A stretch of DNA of 37,187 nucleotides. It comes from Promethearchaeati archaeon (GTDB lineage Archaea > Asgardarchaeota > Heimdallarchaeia > JABLTI01). The translations under genes were made by a program, and so were the position numbers. A model generated the notes under the pieces. That model worked only from the letters and a program-made list of their open reading frames with translations. It did not search any database and had not been told where the DNA came from. Below, piece after piece: positions 15,271 through 24,007 of the stretch. Where the stretch lies: positions 1-37,187 of the forward strand of contig JABLTI010000017.1 of NCBI GenBank assembly GCA_013166835.1, written 5' to 3'. Position 1 is the first letter of the stretch. Each line of letters begins with the position of its first letter.

Positions 15271-17295
15271 GTGATAGCAATGGTGAAGAAACAACCAAAG
15301 TATTTTGATGATACACTAGAGATAGAAGAACGAATTGATAGCCTTTTGATGCAATTAACACTAAAAGAGAAATTAAAATTACTTTCTGGACGTCGATTCT
15401 CTTTATGGACTACAAAACCAATTCGAAGATTGAAAATAAAACGACTTGGGATGACAGATGGTCCGATAGGTGTTGCTACTCACTCCAGTTATAGATTTAA
15501 CACCAAATTTCCATGTAGTAAGAATCTAAGCTCCACATGGAATCGCACACTTGCATTTGAGTATGGTTTAGCAATAGCAAAAGAAACAAGAGCCGTAGGA
15601 CGCCACATAGTGTTAGGTCCAGGAATAAACATAGATCGAACCCCTATTAATGGTAGAACATTCGAATATTTTAGTGAAGACCCATATCTAACTAAAGAAT
15701 TAGCAATCCCATTTGTAAAAGGAGTGCAAAGCCAGAGGATTGGAGCTTGTGTAAAACATTATGCAGCAAATAATCAAGAGAAGAATCGATTTCATGTAAA
15801 CGCAGTTATCGATGAGAGAACCCTAAATGAAATCTATCTAAGAGCGTACAAAGATGTAGTTGAAGATGCCGATCCCTGGGTGTTCATGAGTTGCTATAAT
15901 AAAGTGAATGGTGTTTTTGGTTGTGAGCACTCTGGATTACTACGGGACACATTGATGGATAACTGGGGATTCAAAGGATTCGTCGTAACAGATTGGTGGG
16001 CTACAAGAAGAATAACAAATCCGGAGAATAGTATTCTTGCTGGATTATCCTTAGAAATGCCTAAAATCAATATCTATAAACCGAAATTTCTGAAAAAAGC
16101 ATTAGCTGAAGGTAAGATTACTAAAGAAGACATAAACTTTGTTGTAAGACGATTACTTAGAGTTATGTTTCAAGTAGGACTTTTTGATAATCCAGAGAAG
16201 ATACCGAAGGGCGAAAGAAACACTCTGCAACATAAAGAACTTGCAAGGAAAGTAGCTGAAGAAGGGATTGTTCTCTTAAAAAATGAAAAGAAAATCCTCC
16301 CATTAGATAAAAATAAAATTAAGACCTTAGCAATCCTCGGACCAAATGCAAACAAGAAGATGAGCGGAATTCTTTACGGTGGAGCAGCATCTGTTGTACC
16401 TTTCTATGAAATTACTCCACTTCAAGGATTGAAGGAAAAATGTGGTGATAAAATTCAAATTACATCCAATGTGGAATCTGCAGATGCTTGCATACTTGTT
16501 CTGGGATTAAATCACGCACGAGGAAATGATTGTGAAGACGTTGACAGAACCAGATTAGAGTTGCCAGAAAAACAAATTGAATTAATTAAGAATACAATAA
16601 AACGAAATCCAAACACAATTGTAGTTTTGATAAATGGAAGTCCAATCGCAATGAGTGAATGGATTGATTCTGTTCCAGCAATTGTAGAAGCATGGTATCC
16701 TGGACAAGAAAGTGGAAGAGCAATAGCGAATACACTATTTGGTGATGTAAATCCAAGTGGAAAACTACCGATAACTTTTCCAAGAAAACTATCGGATTCA
16801 CCAGCACATAAATCAGAAAAAACATATCCTGGTGCTGAAAATGTTTACTATGAAGAAGGAATTTTTATTGGATATCGTCATTTCGATAAAGAAAACATTG
16901 ACCCACTGTTTCCATTCGGATTTGGTCTATCTTATACTTCCTTTGAATATAGTAACTGCAAAATAGACAAAGACACAATGACTTCTAAAGATAAAATTAC
17001 AGTTTCAGTAGATATCAAAAATTCGGGAGATAGAGAAGGCTCAGAAATAACACAATTGTACATAAAGGATGAGAAATCATCCATAAAACGACCGGAACAA
17101 GAACTGATGAATTTTGAAAAAATCACCTTGAAACCTGGTGAAAAGAAGACCATCAAATTCAAACTCTCAGTAAATGATTTGGAATTCTATGACGTTGAAA
17201 GTCATTCATGGAAATCTGAAAAAGGAATTTTTACAGTTTTAATTGGTAGTTCTTCTCGAGACATACTTTTCAAGCAAAAAATTGAATTAATGTAG
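15271..17295 (+). CDS. GH3 beta-glucosidase (cytoplasmic, with C-terminal Fn3-like domain)
   Basis: TDGPIGV, GRTFEYFSEDP, KHYAANNQE, VVTDW nucleophile motif, NPSGKLPITF and FPFGFGLSYT. Confidence 0.93.
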   Translation: MIAMVKKQPKYFDDTLEIEERIDSLLMQLTLKEKLKLLSGRRFSLWTTKPIRRLKIKRLGMTDGPIGVATHSSYRFNTKFPCSKNLSSTWNRTLAFEYGLAIAKETRAVGRHIVLGPGINIDRTPINGRTFEYFSEDPYLTKELAIPFVKGVQSQRIGACVKHYAANNQEKNRFHVNAVIDERTLNEIYLRAYKDVVEDADPWVFMSCYNKVNGVFGCEHSGLLRDTLMDNWGFKGFVVTDWWATRRITNPENSILAGLSLEMPKINIYKPKFLKKALAEGKITKEDINFVVRRLLRVMFQVGLFDNPEKIPKGERNTLQHKELARKVAEEGIVLLKNEKKILPLDKNKIKTLAILGPNANKKMSGILYGGAASVVPFYEITPLQGLKEKCGDKIQITSNVESADACILVLGLNHARGNDCEDVDRTRLELPEKQIELIKNTIKRNPNTIVVLINGSPIAMSEWIDSVPAIVEAWYPGQESGRAIANTLFGDVNPSGKLPITFPRKLSDSPAHKSEKTYPGAENVYYEEGIFIGYRHFDKENIDPLFPFGFGLSYTSFEYSNCKIDKDTMTSKDKITVSVDIKNSGDREGSEITQLYIKDEKSSIKRPEQELMNFEKITLKPGEKKTIKFKLSVNDLEFYDVESHSWKSEKGIFTVLIGSSSRDILFKQKIELM

Positions 17296-17323
17296 TGGCA
17301 TTTCTTTATGAAATAACACTGAG

Positions 17324-18736
17324 TTGGCATGGTTGAATAAAATAAAGGAGACTAATTCCGAAAAACAACTTGTTTCTCCTCGTCAGCGAACATATATGGG
17401 TTTAACGAAAGCTGGTGGGGATATTCTTGGTGTTATGTTTACCGGAGCTCTCCTCACTTTTTATGTCGATATTTTGCATATGGATCCAGAACTCTTTGGA
17501 ATAGTTATGATAATCTTCGCAGTCTGGAATGCAATAAATGATCCAGTTTTCGGATTCATCTCAGATAAAAAGAGCATGGATTCAAAAGGTAAAAGATTGT
17601 ATTTTATAAGACTTTCAGCACCAATTTTTCTGGTGGGATTCCTTATGTTTTGGGTGGCGTTTCCTTCTTGGTCACAACCTTCGTTATTCATTTTTCTATT
17701 AATTGCACTAATAATTTTTGATACAGGATTAACAATTTATGGTTTAAATCTAAGTGCAATACTAACAGGTCAAACTACAAGCACAACAGAAAGAACAAGA
17801 ATCTCAGTAATAGCCTCTGTAATCAGCTTCTTGCCAGTAGGAATAGCTGCTATCTTACCAAATCTTGTGTTAACATCATCAATGGCTATTGTCTACATGA
17901 GAATAATTTTCATAAGTATGGCAATTCTCGCAGCAATTTTTATGCTCATTGGAACAGTGAAAATGAAGGAACATTCTATCGAGAAAGAAAAAACAGAACC
18001 ATTGCCAATTTGGCCAGCAATAAAAGAAACATTTAAGTCAAAAGCATTTATTTTCTTTGTCATAATCAATTTCATGTTTACAGCTATTTCTACAAATCTT
18101 GTAGGAGTAATGCCTCTTTACTTCAAATACATAGCACAACTAGATCAATTGGAAATTCTGTTAGTTAGCTTACCATTAGGCTTGCTGCAAATTCCATTTT
18201 ATTTTCTATATGGTTACTTGCAAAAGAAGTTAGGTTTGAGAAATTCAGTATTTATCATTATTAGTGTTATGTTAATCGGTCTCCTAGGGTTGTTCTTCCA
18301 AATCCATATTGTAGTCATTGCTATTTCCTACGCATTCTGTATGTCAATAATCTCATTCTGGTTTGTGATAGTAAATCCACTGGTGGGTGATATAGCAGAT
18401 GAGGACGAATTAAAAACAGGTCGAAGACGAGAAGGTATGTTCTTTGGTATTAATGCCTTAATAACTAAACCAGCGTCCTCTTTGGTTACATTCTTTTTCA
18501 CACTAATAATTGGCTTTTATGGCTATGATTCAACAAAAGATATTCAATCTATACAAGCACAATTCGGGATAAGGCTGGGATTAAGTATTCTCTCCTTGGC
18601 GTTTCTAGTACTAGCAATAATTCCACTGATTTTATACCCATTATATGGCAGTAAAATAAAAGGAATAAAGAAAGAATTAGCAAAAAGACATGAAGAAAAA
18701 CCAGAAACAAAGAATGGAGAGAAAAACTATCTATAA
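17324..18736 (+). CDS. MFS transporter, GPH (glycoside-pentoside-hexuronide) family
   Basis: WNAINDPVFGFISD and DIADEDELKTGRRREGMFFG motifs; about 12 TM; directly downstream of the GH3 gene. Confidence 0.9.
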   Translation: MAWLNKIKETNSEKQLVSPRQRTYMGLTKAGGDILGVMFTGALLTFYVDILHMDPELFGIVMIIFAVWNAINDPVFGFISDKKSMDSKGKRLYFIRLSAPIFLVGFLMFWVAFPSWSQPSLFIFLLIALIIFDTGLTIYGLNLSAILTGQTTSTTERTRISVIASVISFLPVGIAAILPNLVLTSSMAIVYMRIIFISMAILAAIFMLIGTVKMKEHSIEKEKTEPLPIWPAIKETFKSKAFIFFVIINFMFTAISTNLVGVMPLYFKYIAQLDQLEILLVSLPLGLLQIPFYFLYGYLQKKLGLRNSVFIIISVMLIGLLGLFFQIHIVVIAISYAFCMSIISFWFVIVNPLVGDIADEDELKTGRRREGMFFGINALITKPASSLVTFFFTLIIGFYGYDSTKDIQSIQAQFGIRLGLSILSLAFLVLAIIPLILYPLYGSKIKGIKKELAKRHEEKPETKNGEKNYL

Positions 18737-18779
18737 TAAATCTTAAATAATGATGCAGAACAATTCTAAAAAGAAAAAA

Positions 18780-18868
18780 GCCAAGGTAGTCAAGCACGGA
18801 CCACGACGCTGGTCTTGAAAACCAGTTCCTTCACGGGAGCGCGAGTTCAAATCTCGTCCTTGGCACCA
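18780..18868 (+). tRNA. tRNA-Ser(TGA), long variable arm, CCA encoded
   Basis: GCCAAGG/CCTTGGC acceptor, CTGGT-CTTGAAA-ACCAG anticodon arm, variable arm TTCCT-TCAC-GGGAG, GCGAG-TTCAAAT-CTCGT T arm. Confidence 0.93.
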
Positions 18869-18991
18869 TTTTCATTTAATTAATTTAAGTTTTATTTTAT
18901 TGTATTTTTTTTCTCAATAGAGGTCTTTTTATTTCTTTTTTTAAACATCTTTTTGTTCTAATGTTAGAGTAAATAGGTTTTTTAAAAATCT

Positions 18992-19588
18992 GTGGGATTT
19001 GAATTAATGAAAGAAAAGGGGAATCAAACTATCTTTTTAACAGGGAACAATACAAAATACTATCGCGAAATAGAAAATGAATATCAGAAACAAAAGGAAA
19101 TAGTAAAGAATTTTGTTAAAAATAATTTTCGTCCAACAAATGATTTATGGGTGGCAGCAATCTCACAAGCTGTTGGAAAAATTGCAAAAGCTACAGAAAA
19201 CAATGATAATCAAGTTCTAGAGAAACTAATTCTAAAGTTTATTTCGCAATTACTGGTTTGGTTAGAGGTTTTTGAAAACCCAAATTTTGATGAAGTGACT
19301 CTTCCAAAAACTCATATCCACAATCCCTCATTTAATACGATTCTTGTGAAATTAGTTGGAGAACTATCTCGAGCAATTCTAAGTAATGATAACCTGAAGG
19401 TGCGAAACAATATAGCTGTTTTTCGATCATTTTGTGATCGATGGATTGAAAGAATAGATAACACAGAGAATGAGCAACTAAAAAGAAAGACTTCATCAGT
19501 TAGAATTATAGAGGAATTTTGGGAAAAAAATGACTCACTGTCCGAGAAACTAGAGGAAATCTTCTCAGAAGTTAAGAGTGAGACTTGA
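18992..19588 (+). CDS. Hypothetical protein with two degenerate MazG-like (all-alpha NTP-PPase) repeats
   Basis: Internal repeat SQAVGKIAKATENND..WLE / VKLVGELSRAILSND..WIE resembles the EEVGELAKA helix. Confidence 0.5.
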   Translation: MGFELMKEKGNQTIFLTGNNTKYYREIENEYQKQKEIVKNFVKNNFRPTNDLWVAAISQAVGKIAKATENNDNQVLEKLILKFISQLLVWLEVFENPNFDEVTLPKTHIHNPSFNTILVKLVGELSRAILSNDNLKVRNNIAVFRSFCDRWIERIDNTENEQLKRKTSSVRIIEEFWEKNDSLSEKLEEIFSEVKSET

Positions 19589-19670
19589 ATACTAACAAAT
19601 TGTTAATATTAATCACTAATTATCAGACTTATGTCTATTTTTATATTGTTTAATGTCCATATATTATCTT

Positions 19671-19808
19671 GAACCTATCTCGGCCAAATCAAGGGTTCCT
19701 AGCCGGCTCCGTGTTGGCTAAACCTTCTTTCATCATTCAACACCCTCCCTTTATAAGAAGGAATTTAACTCTTCCCTTATTTTTCCAGCACGGACCGACT
19801 AGTCTTTT
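19671..19808. ncRNA. Candidate structured ncRNA upstream of archease
   Basis: GC-rich long stem 19699-19717 pairs with 19785-19802, with a 5' hairpin GAACC/GGTTC and a pyrimidine-rich interior; ends GACTAGTCTTTT. Confidence 0.5.
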
Positions 19809-19880
19809 AATTTTCTTCGTCTAAAGCTTTTTAATTTGGTTTTAGCAGTTAGGGTATTACCAATTTATGAGGGTGTAGCT

Positions 19881-20297
19881 GTGAGTTACGAATACTTAGA
19901 TCATACAGCAGATACTATTGTTCATGCAAAAGGATCTGATTTGAAAGAAGCTTTTGAACAAGCAGCTTTAGGTTATTATAACGTTTTATCAGATACAGCA
20001 ACAGTCGAACCCAAAATCACGAAAGAAGTAACTTTTGAATCTGAGGATTACAAAGCATTACTTTTTGACTGGATTGATCATTTAATTTATTTCTTTGGTA
20101 CAGAATTTTTCATTGCAAGTGAAATTCATATTACAAAAATGGAAAAACTTGAGAGTAATATGATTACTTTGTCTGCTATTTTGCATGGTGAGGTTTTCGA
20201 CTTGAAAAAACATCCACAAGAAAGTGAAGTAAAAGCTATGACTTATTCTTTCATGAAAATTGGTGAAAATTACGTTGAATTTACACTTGATTTATGA
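19881..20297 (+). CDS. Archease (RtcB tRNA-ligase cofactor)
   Basis: YEYLDHTAD, EVKAMTY and terminal LDL motifs. Likely start is GTG 19881 after GAGGGTG (the ORF track starts at 19836). Confidence 0.92.
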   Translation: MSYEYLDHTADTIVHAKGSDLKEAFEQAALGYYNVLSDTATVEPKITKEVTFESEDYKALLFDWIDHLIYFFGTEFFIASEIHITKMEKLESNMITLSAILHGEVFDLKKHPQESEVKAMTYSFMKIGENYVEFTLDL

Positions 20298-20401
20298 TTC
20301 AATGAATTAACAAGGTAATAATATATTATTAACATAAAACAAATACACTATTCTGCTGTTAAATGGTAATAACAAAACTCATTAGGTAATTATACTGAGC
20401 T

Positions 20402-22036
20402 TTGAAGAGTGAGAATATGGCTAAAAAGAGAGATCTAGTAAGAGAATTACTGGATAGACATTGTCTGATTACCCCAGAATCTTATGAAATTCTTGAAGAT
20501 TTGGATGCTGATGTAGTCGATATTGATAAATTAGCTGAAGCTCTAAAAGATGAGATTGTTGTTTCTCCTGATAAACTAAGAGAAGCACTAGCATCATTCG
20601 AGGAGTTATTATCTGAAGGGAGTCTTGAAGAAAAGGAATTTAGTGAATTAGTAGTAGGAAAATCTGAAACTAAAATTTCTGGTCCTGAACCTGAAATAGT
20701 AGTATCTAAAGAAGTAAAACTCACACCTATTATAAAAAAGCGAAAAACTGAATTTAAGCCAATAGGTAAGCAAATCAAAACAAAGATGAAAGTATTACAA
20801 GAATCATCGGGAAAAACAACTGTCGATGGTTCTATCAGTGATTTTAAGCAATATTTCACCAGTCGTTATAAACAATTATTTGCTATCTTAAGAGGAAGAG
20901 GGGATGTTTCTGGGTCTATTGGAATAAAAGATCTTGAGAGAGCAAAACTAGAAGCAAATGAACGAATTACTATTACTGGCATTGTAACTAGTAAACGAAC
21001 GCTAAAGAATGGAGGAATATTATTAGAGCTAGAAGACCCAACAGGCAAACTTACAGCAACTATCCCTGCTAAAATGCAGGAATTGTTGGTTAAAGCAGGT
21101 GCCTTACTTGAAGATCAAGTAGCAGGATTTTTTGGTCGTCTTTATGAAGGAAGGTTTATCTTAGATGATTTTGTTTTTCCGGATATTCCAATTTCTATGA
21201 GAAAAACGACGATAGATGACCCAATTAGTGTTTGTATGACTAGTGACTTACACATAGGAAGTAAGGAATTTCTAGAAGACTCATTCAATGATTTACTTGA
21301 TTTTCTTAATGGTAAAGTGGATGATCCTTATCAACAGACTTTAGCTAGCCAAGTTAAGTATTTGATAATAAATGGTGATTTGGTAGAGGGTATTGGTGTT
21401 TATCCGAAACAGGAAGATGACCTTCTCATAACAGATATTTATGATCAATACAAACATGCTGACCAAATACTGTCAAAAGTACCTAAGTGGATACATATCA
21501 TAATTACTTCTGGAAATCACGATGCTTGCCGACTTGCATTACCACAGCCTGCAATAAGTAAAGAATATGCTCCTGATCTTTGGAAACGATCAAATGTTAC
21601 ATTTCTGTCAAATCCTACAACAGTAGATTTACACAAAAAGACATTCTTAATTTATCATGGAAATTCTTTTGAAGATGTTGCATCACTCACACCCGGACTC
21701 AGCATGAATGATCCAAATGGCCCAATGCTTCATACATTAAGATATAGACATCTTGCCCCAACATTTGGTAGAAGAACAAGTATCGTTCCAAGTATGAAGG
21801 ATGAATTAGTAATAGAGAAAGTTCCAAATGTGTATCATACTGGACACATTCACATTAATTCTCATACACAATATCGGGGTGTGGATTGCATAAATTCAGG
21901 AACTTTTCAATCCCAAACAGAATATATGAGTTCAAAAAATATCATTCCGACTCCAGGAAGAGTTCCAATATTAAACTTACATACGAATAAGCTTCATGAG
22001 CTTGTCTTCTTTGATGAAAGCGAAGAAAGAAAATAA
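20402..22036 (+). CDS. polB: DNA polymerase D small (exonuclease) subunit DP1
   Basis: OB fold (LEDPTG) then calcineurin-like motifs SDLHIGS, GDLVEGIGVYP, GNHD, YHG and HTGHIH, and INSGTFQSQT. Likely start is ATG 20417. Confidence 0.95.
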   Translation: MKSENMAKKRDLVRELLDRHCLITPESYEILEDLDADVVDIDKLAEALKDEIVVSPDKLREALASFEELLSEGSLEEKEFSELVVGKSETKISGPEPEIVVSKEVKLTPIIKKRKTEFKPIGKQIKTKMKVLQESSGKTTVDGSISDFKQYFTSRYKQLFAILRGRGDVSGSIGIKDLERAKLEANERITITGIVTSKRTLKNGGILLELEDPTGKLTATIPAKMQELLVKAGALLEDQVAGFFGRLYEGRFILDDFVFPDIPISMRKTTIDDPISVCMTSDLHIGSKEFLEDSFNDLLDFLNGKVDDPYQQTLASQVKYLIINGDLVEGIGVYPKQEDDLLITDIYDQYKHADQILSKVPKWIHIIITSGNHDACRLALPQPAISKEYAPDLWKRSNVTFLSNPTTVDLHKKTFLIYHGNSFEDVASLTPGLSMNDPNGPMLHTLRYRHLAPTFGRRTSIVPSMKDELVIEKVPNVYHTGHIHINSHTQYRGVDCINSGTFQSQTEYMSSKNIIPTPGRVPILNLHTNKLHELVFFDESEERK

Positions 22037-22074
22037 ACATCAATCAATTTGTATCGAAAACTTTTTCTTTATTA

Positions 22075-23028
22075 GTGTATGCGAAAGAATGGAGACTGAC
22101 AATGACAAATCCATGGATTCGTATAATGCGCCCTTTCAATTGCTTACTTTTAACAATGTGTGCAATAGTTGGAATAATGGTCAGTAATCCCGAGGAATTT
22201 CAAGTTGCTTCTCAGTTACTAGCTCACTTGCCATCCCTAATTATGATTTTTATTGGAGGTTGGGCTCTAAGTGCTTCTGCTATGGTGTTAAATGATTATT
22301 TTGATATTGAAGTAGATAAAATAAACGATCCAAAAAGACCTATTCCTTCAGGTGAAATCACACCTAAACAAGCATTAACTTTCGGTATTATTTTGATTAT
22401 TATTGGTATTTTGATGGGGATTGGAATAGATTTATATGAATTCCTGAATGGATCTGGTTTACAAATTGGTGTTTCTATTGTTACTTCTGTGATTTGTGCT
22501 ATTATGGCAGCTGCGTACACTAGATATATGAAAAGATTCTCCATCATAGGAAATTTAGCGGTTTCAGTTGGAGTGTGGATGGGTTTTCTATACGGGGATT
22601 TGGTTTTAGATTTCCAAATATCTCCATTAACTCAATGCATGGCTGCTGCAGCATTTTTCCTTAATTTTGGAAGAGAAGTATCAAAAGGAATTATGGATGT
22701 CGAAGGAGATAGGGAAAACAATGTGACAACAGTTGCGACATCATTGGGACCAAAATGGACTGCAATAATTTCTTCAGCAATTATATTTTTAGCAATTCCT
22801 GCTTCAATAATCCCGATATTCATAGCTGAAGCAAGTTGGGTATATTTATTTTCAATAAATGTAATTCAAGCACTAGTACTAGCTGTAAGTATTTGGATGC
22901 TAATTGATTACCGACCTGAAACAATTAAAAAGATAAAATATATGGTTCTTGTAACAATGCTTCTCGCTTTGATAGCATTTTCATTAGAAGCATTTTTGGG
23001 TTTAATTGTTTCTCCAGTCATTCCTTAA
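22075..23028 (+). CDS. UbiA-family prenyltransferase, likely digeranylgeranylglyceryl phosphate synthase
   Basis: RPFN, NDYFDIEVDKINDPKRPIPSG and REVSKGIMDVEGD motifs; multiple TM segments. Confidence 0.88.
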   Translation: MYAKEWRLTMTNPWIRIMRPFNCLLLTMCAIVGIMVSNPEEFQVASQLLAHLPSLIMIFIGGWALSASAMVLNDYFDIEVDKINDPKRPIPSGEITPKQALTFGIILIIIGILMGIGIDLYEFLNGSGLQIGVSIVTSVICAIMAAAYTRYMKRFSIIGNLAVSVGVWMGFLYGDLVLDFQISPLTQCMAAAAFFLNFGREVSKGIMDVEGDRENNVTTVATSLGPKWTAIISSAIIFLAIPASIIPIFIAEASWVYLFSINVIQALVLAVSIWMLIDYRPETIKKIKYMVLVTMLLALIAFSLEAFLGLIVSPVIP

Positions 23029-23059
23029 GCATAAAAAGAAAATTTTTTTTTGAGATGTA

Positions 23060-23878
23060 TCACATCTCAGTTAAACGTTTTTGGTTATCAGAACCTTCAA
23101 TTACAGTTGGTTTTGGCTTTAATTGGTTCTCAAGATTTGTTAATCTTTGACTAATTAAATCTAAAGCTCTTGAAAGCCTTCCTAAATCATCTCTATAACC
23201 ACTAACATCTGCTGTAGGCGCGACTTGTACTTCTAAAGAACCACTCTCAGTTGTAACTGCTTTACCTTCAAGCTGAGAAACTTTACTCTCTAATGCATCA
23301 ATAGCAGTTAAAATTGATGGAACTCTATCATCCCCAGAAGTTGCTACATGAGATTCTTCTAAAGTATCTAAACGACTAGCAAGGCTTGTAAACATTTCCT
23401 CGTCTCTTTTATCTCCTTGCTTGGAAAGTTCTGCTTCTAATCGTGCAACACGATCGTTTTCTAAAGCGTCAAGTCTTTCAGTAATGCCATTAATCATTTC
23501 TTTCAATTCTTCGTTAACGTTTTCCAGTGTGTTTTCTAAAAGATCGATTTTCTGTTTCATTTCTTCAAGTTCAATTGTATCAACGACTTCTTCAGGAGCT
23601 GAAGCGGTTATAGGTAAACTACGCTCTGCTTCTGCAAAAAGCTGATCACAGACGTTTTTCAAGGGATATTTATCAATTACTAATCGTGAATTATTCAATA
23701 ACTCATTAGCAGCTTTGACAATACCGCTCTTGGAGAATACTGGAACAATAACTTCATTCTCAACATCGCCACGTAATAATAGAGCCAAGATCCATCTTCC
23801 TCTATCAGCAGTTAGTTGCAAATGATACATTGTGCCAGGTATTTGCACATCCACTTTATCGATATTTGGTTGTGACAT
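23060..23878 (-). CDS. Hypothetical protein: small N-terminal domain plus segmented coiled coil
   Basis: Repeated RLDALE/RLDTLE/AIDALE/RLTNLE heptad segments. Confidence 0.7.
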   Translation of the reverse strand: MSQPNIDKVDVQIPGTMYHLQLTADRGRWILALLLRGDVENEVIVPVFSKSGIVKAANELLNNSRLVIDKYPLKNVCDQLFAEAERSLPITASAPEEVVDTIELEEMKQKIDLLENTLENVNEELKEMINGITERLDALENDRVARLEAELSKQGDKRDEEMFTSLASRLDTLEESHVATSGDDRVPSILTAIDALESKVSQLEGKAVTTESGSLEVQVAPTADVSGYRDDLGRLSRALDLISQRLTNLENQLKPKPTVIEGSDNQKRLTEM

Positions 23879-24007
23879 AGTTAAATCATTCCTTGCAAAA
23901 TTCTAAATCATTTCTTATTTATCTCAGCTTTACTACTTTGGAAATGTATATAAGAATTATTAAGAGGGTAAAAAAAAGAGAAAAGAGTGTAATCTAAACT
24001 ACTTTGA

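Noticed and set aside
9831-19600. Integrated element at tRNA-Leu, tRNA-Thr or tRNA-Ser
   Set aside because: No integrase and no duplicated tRNA 3' end (att site) found by eye.
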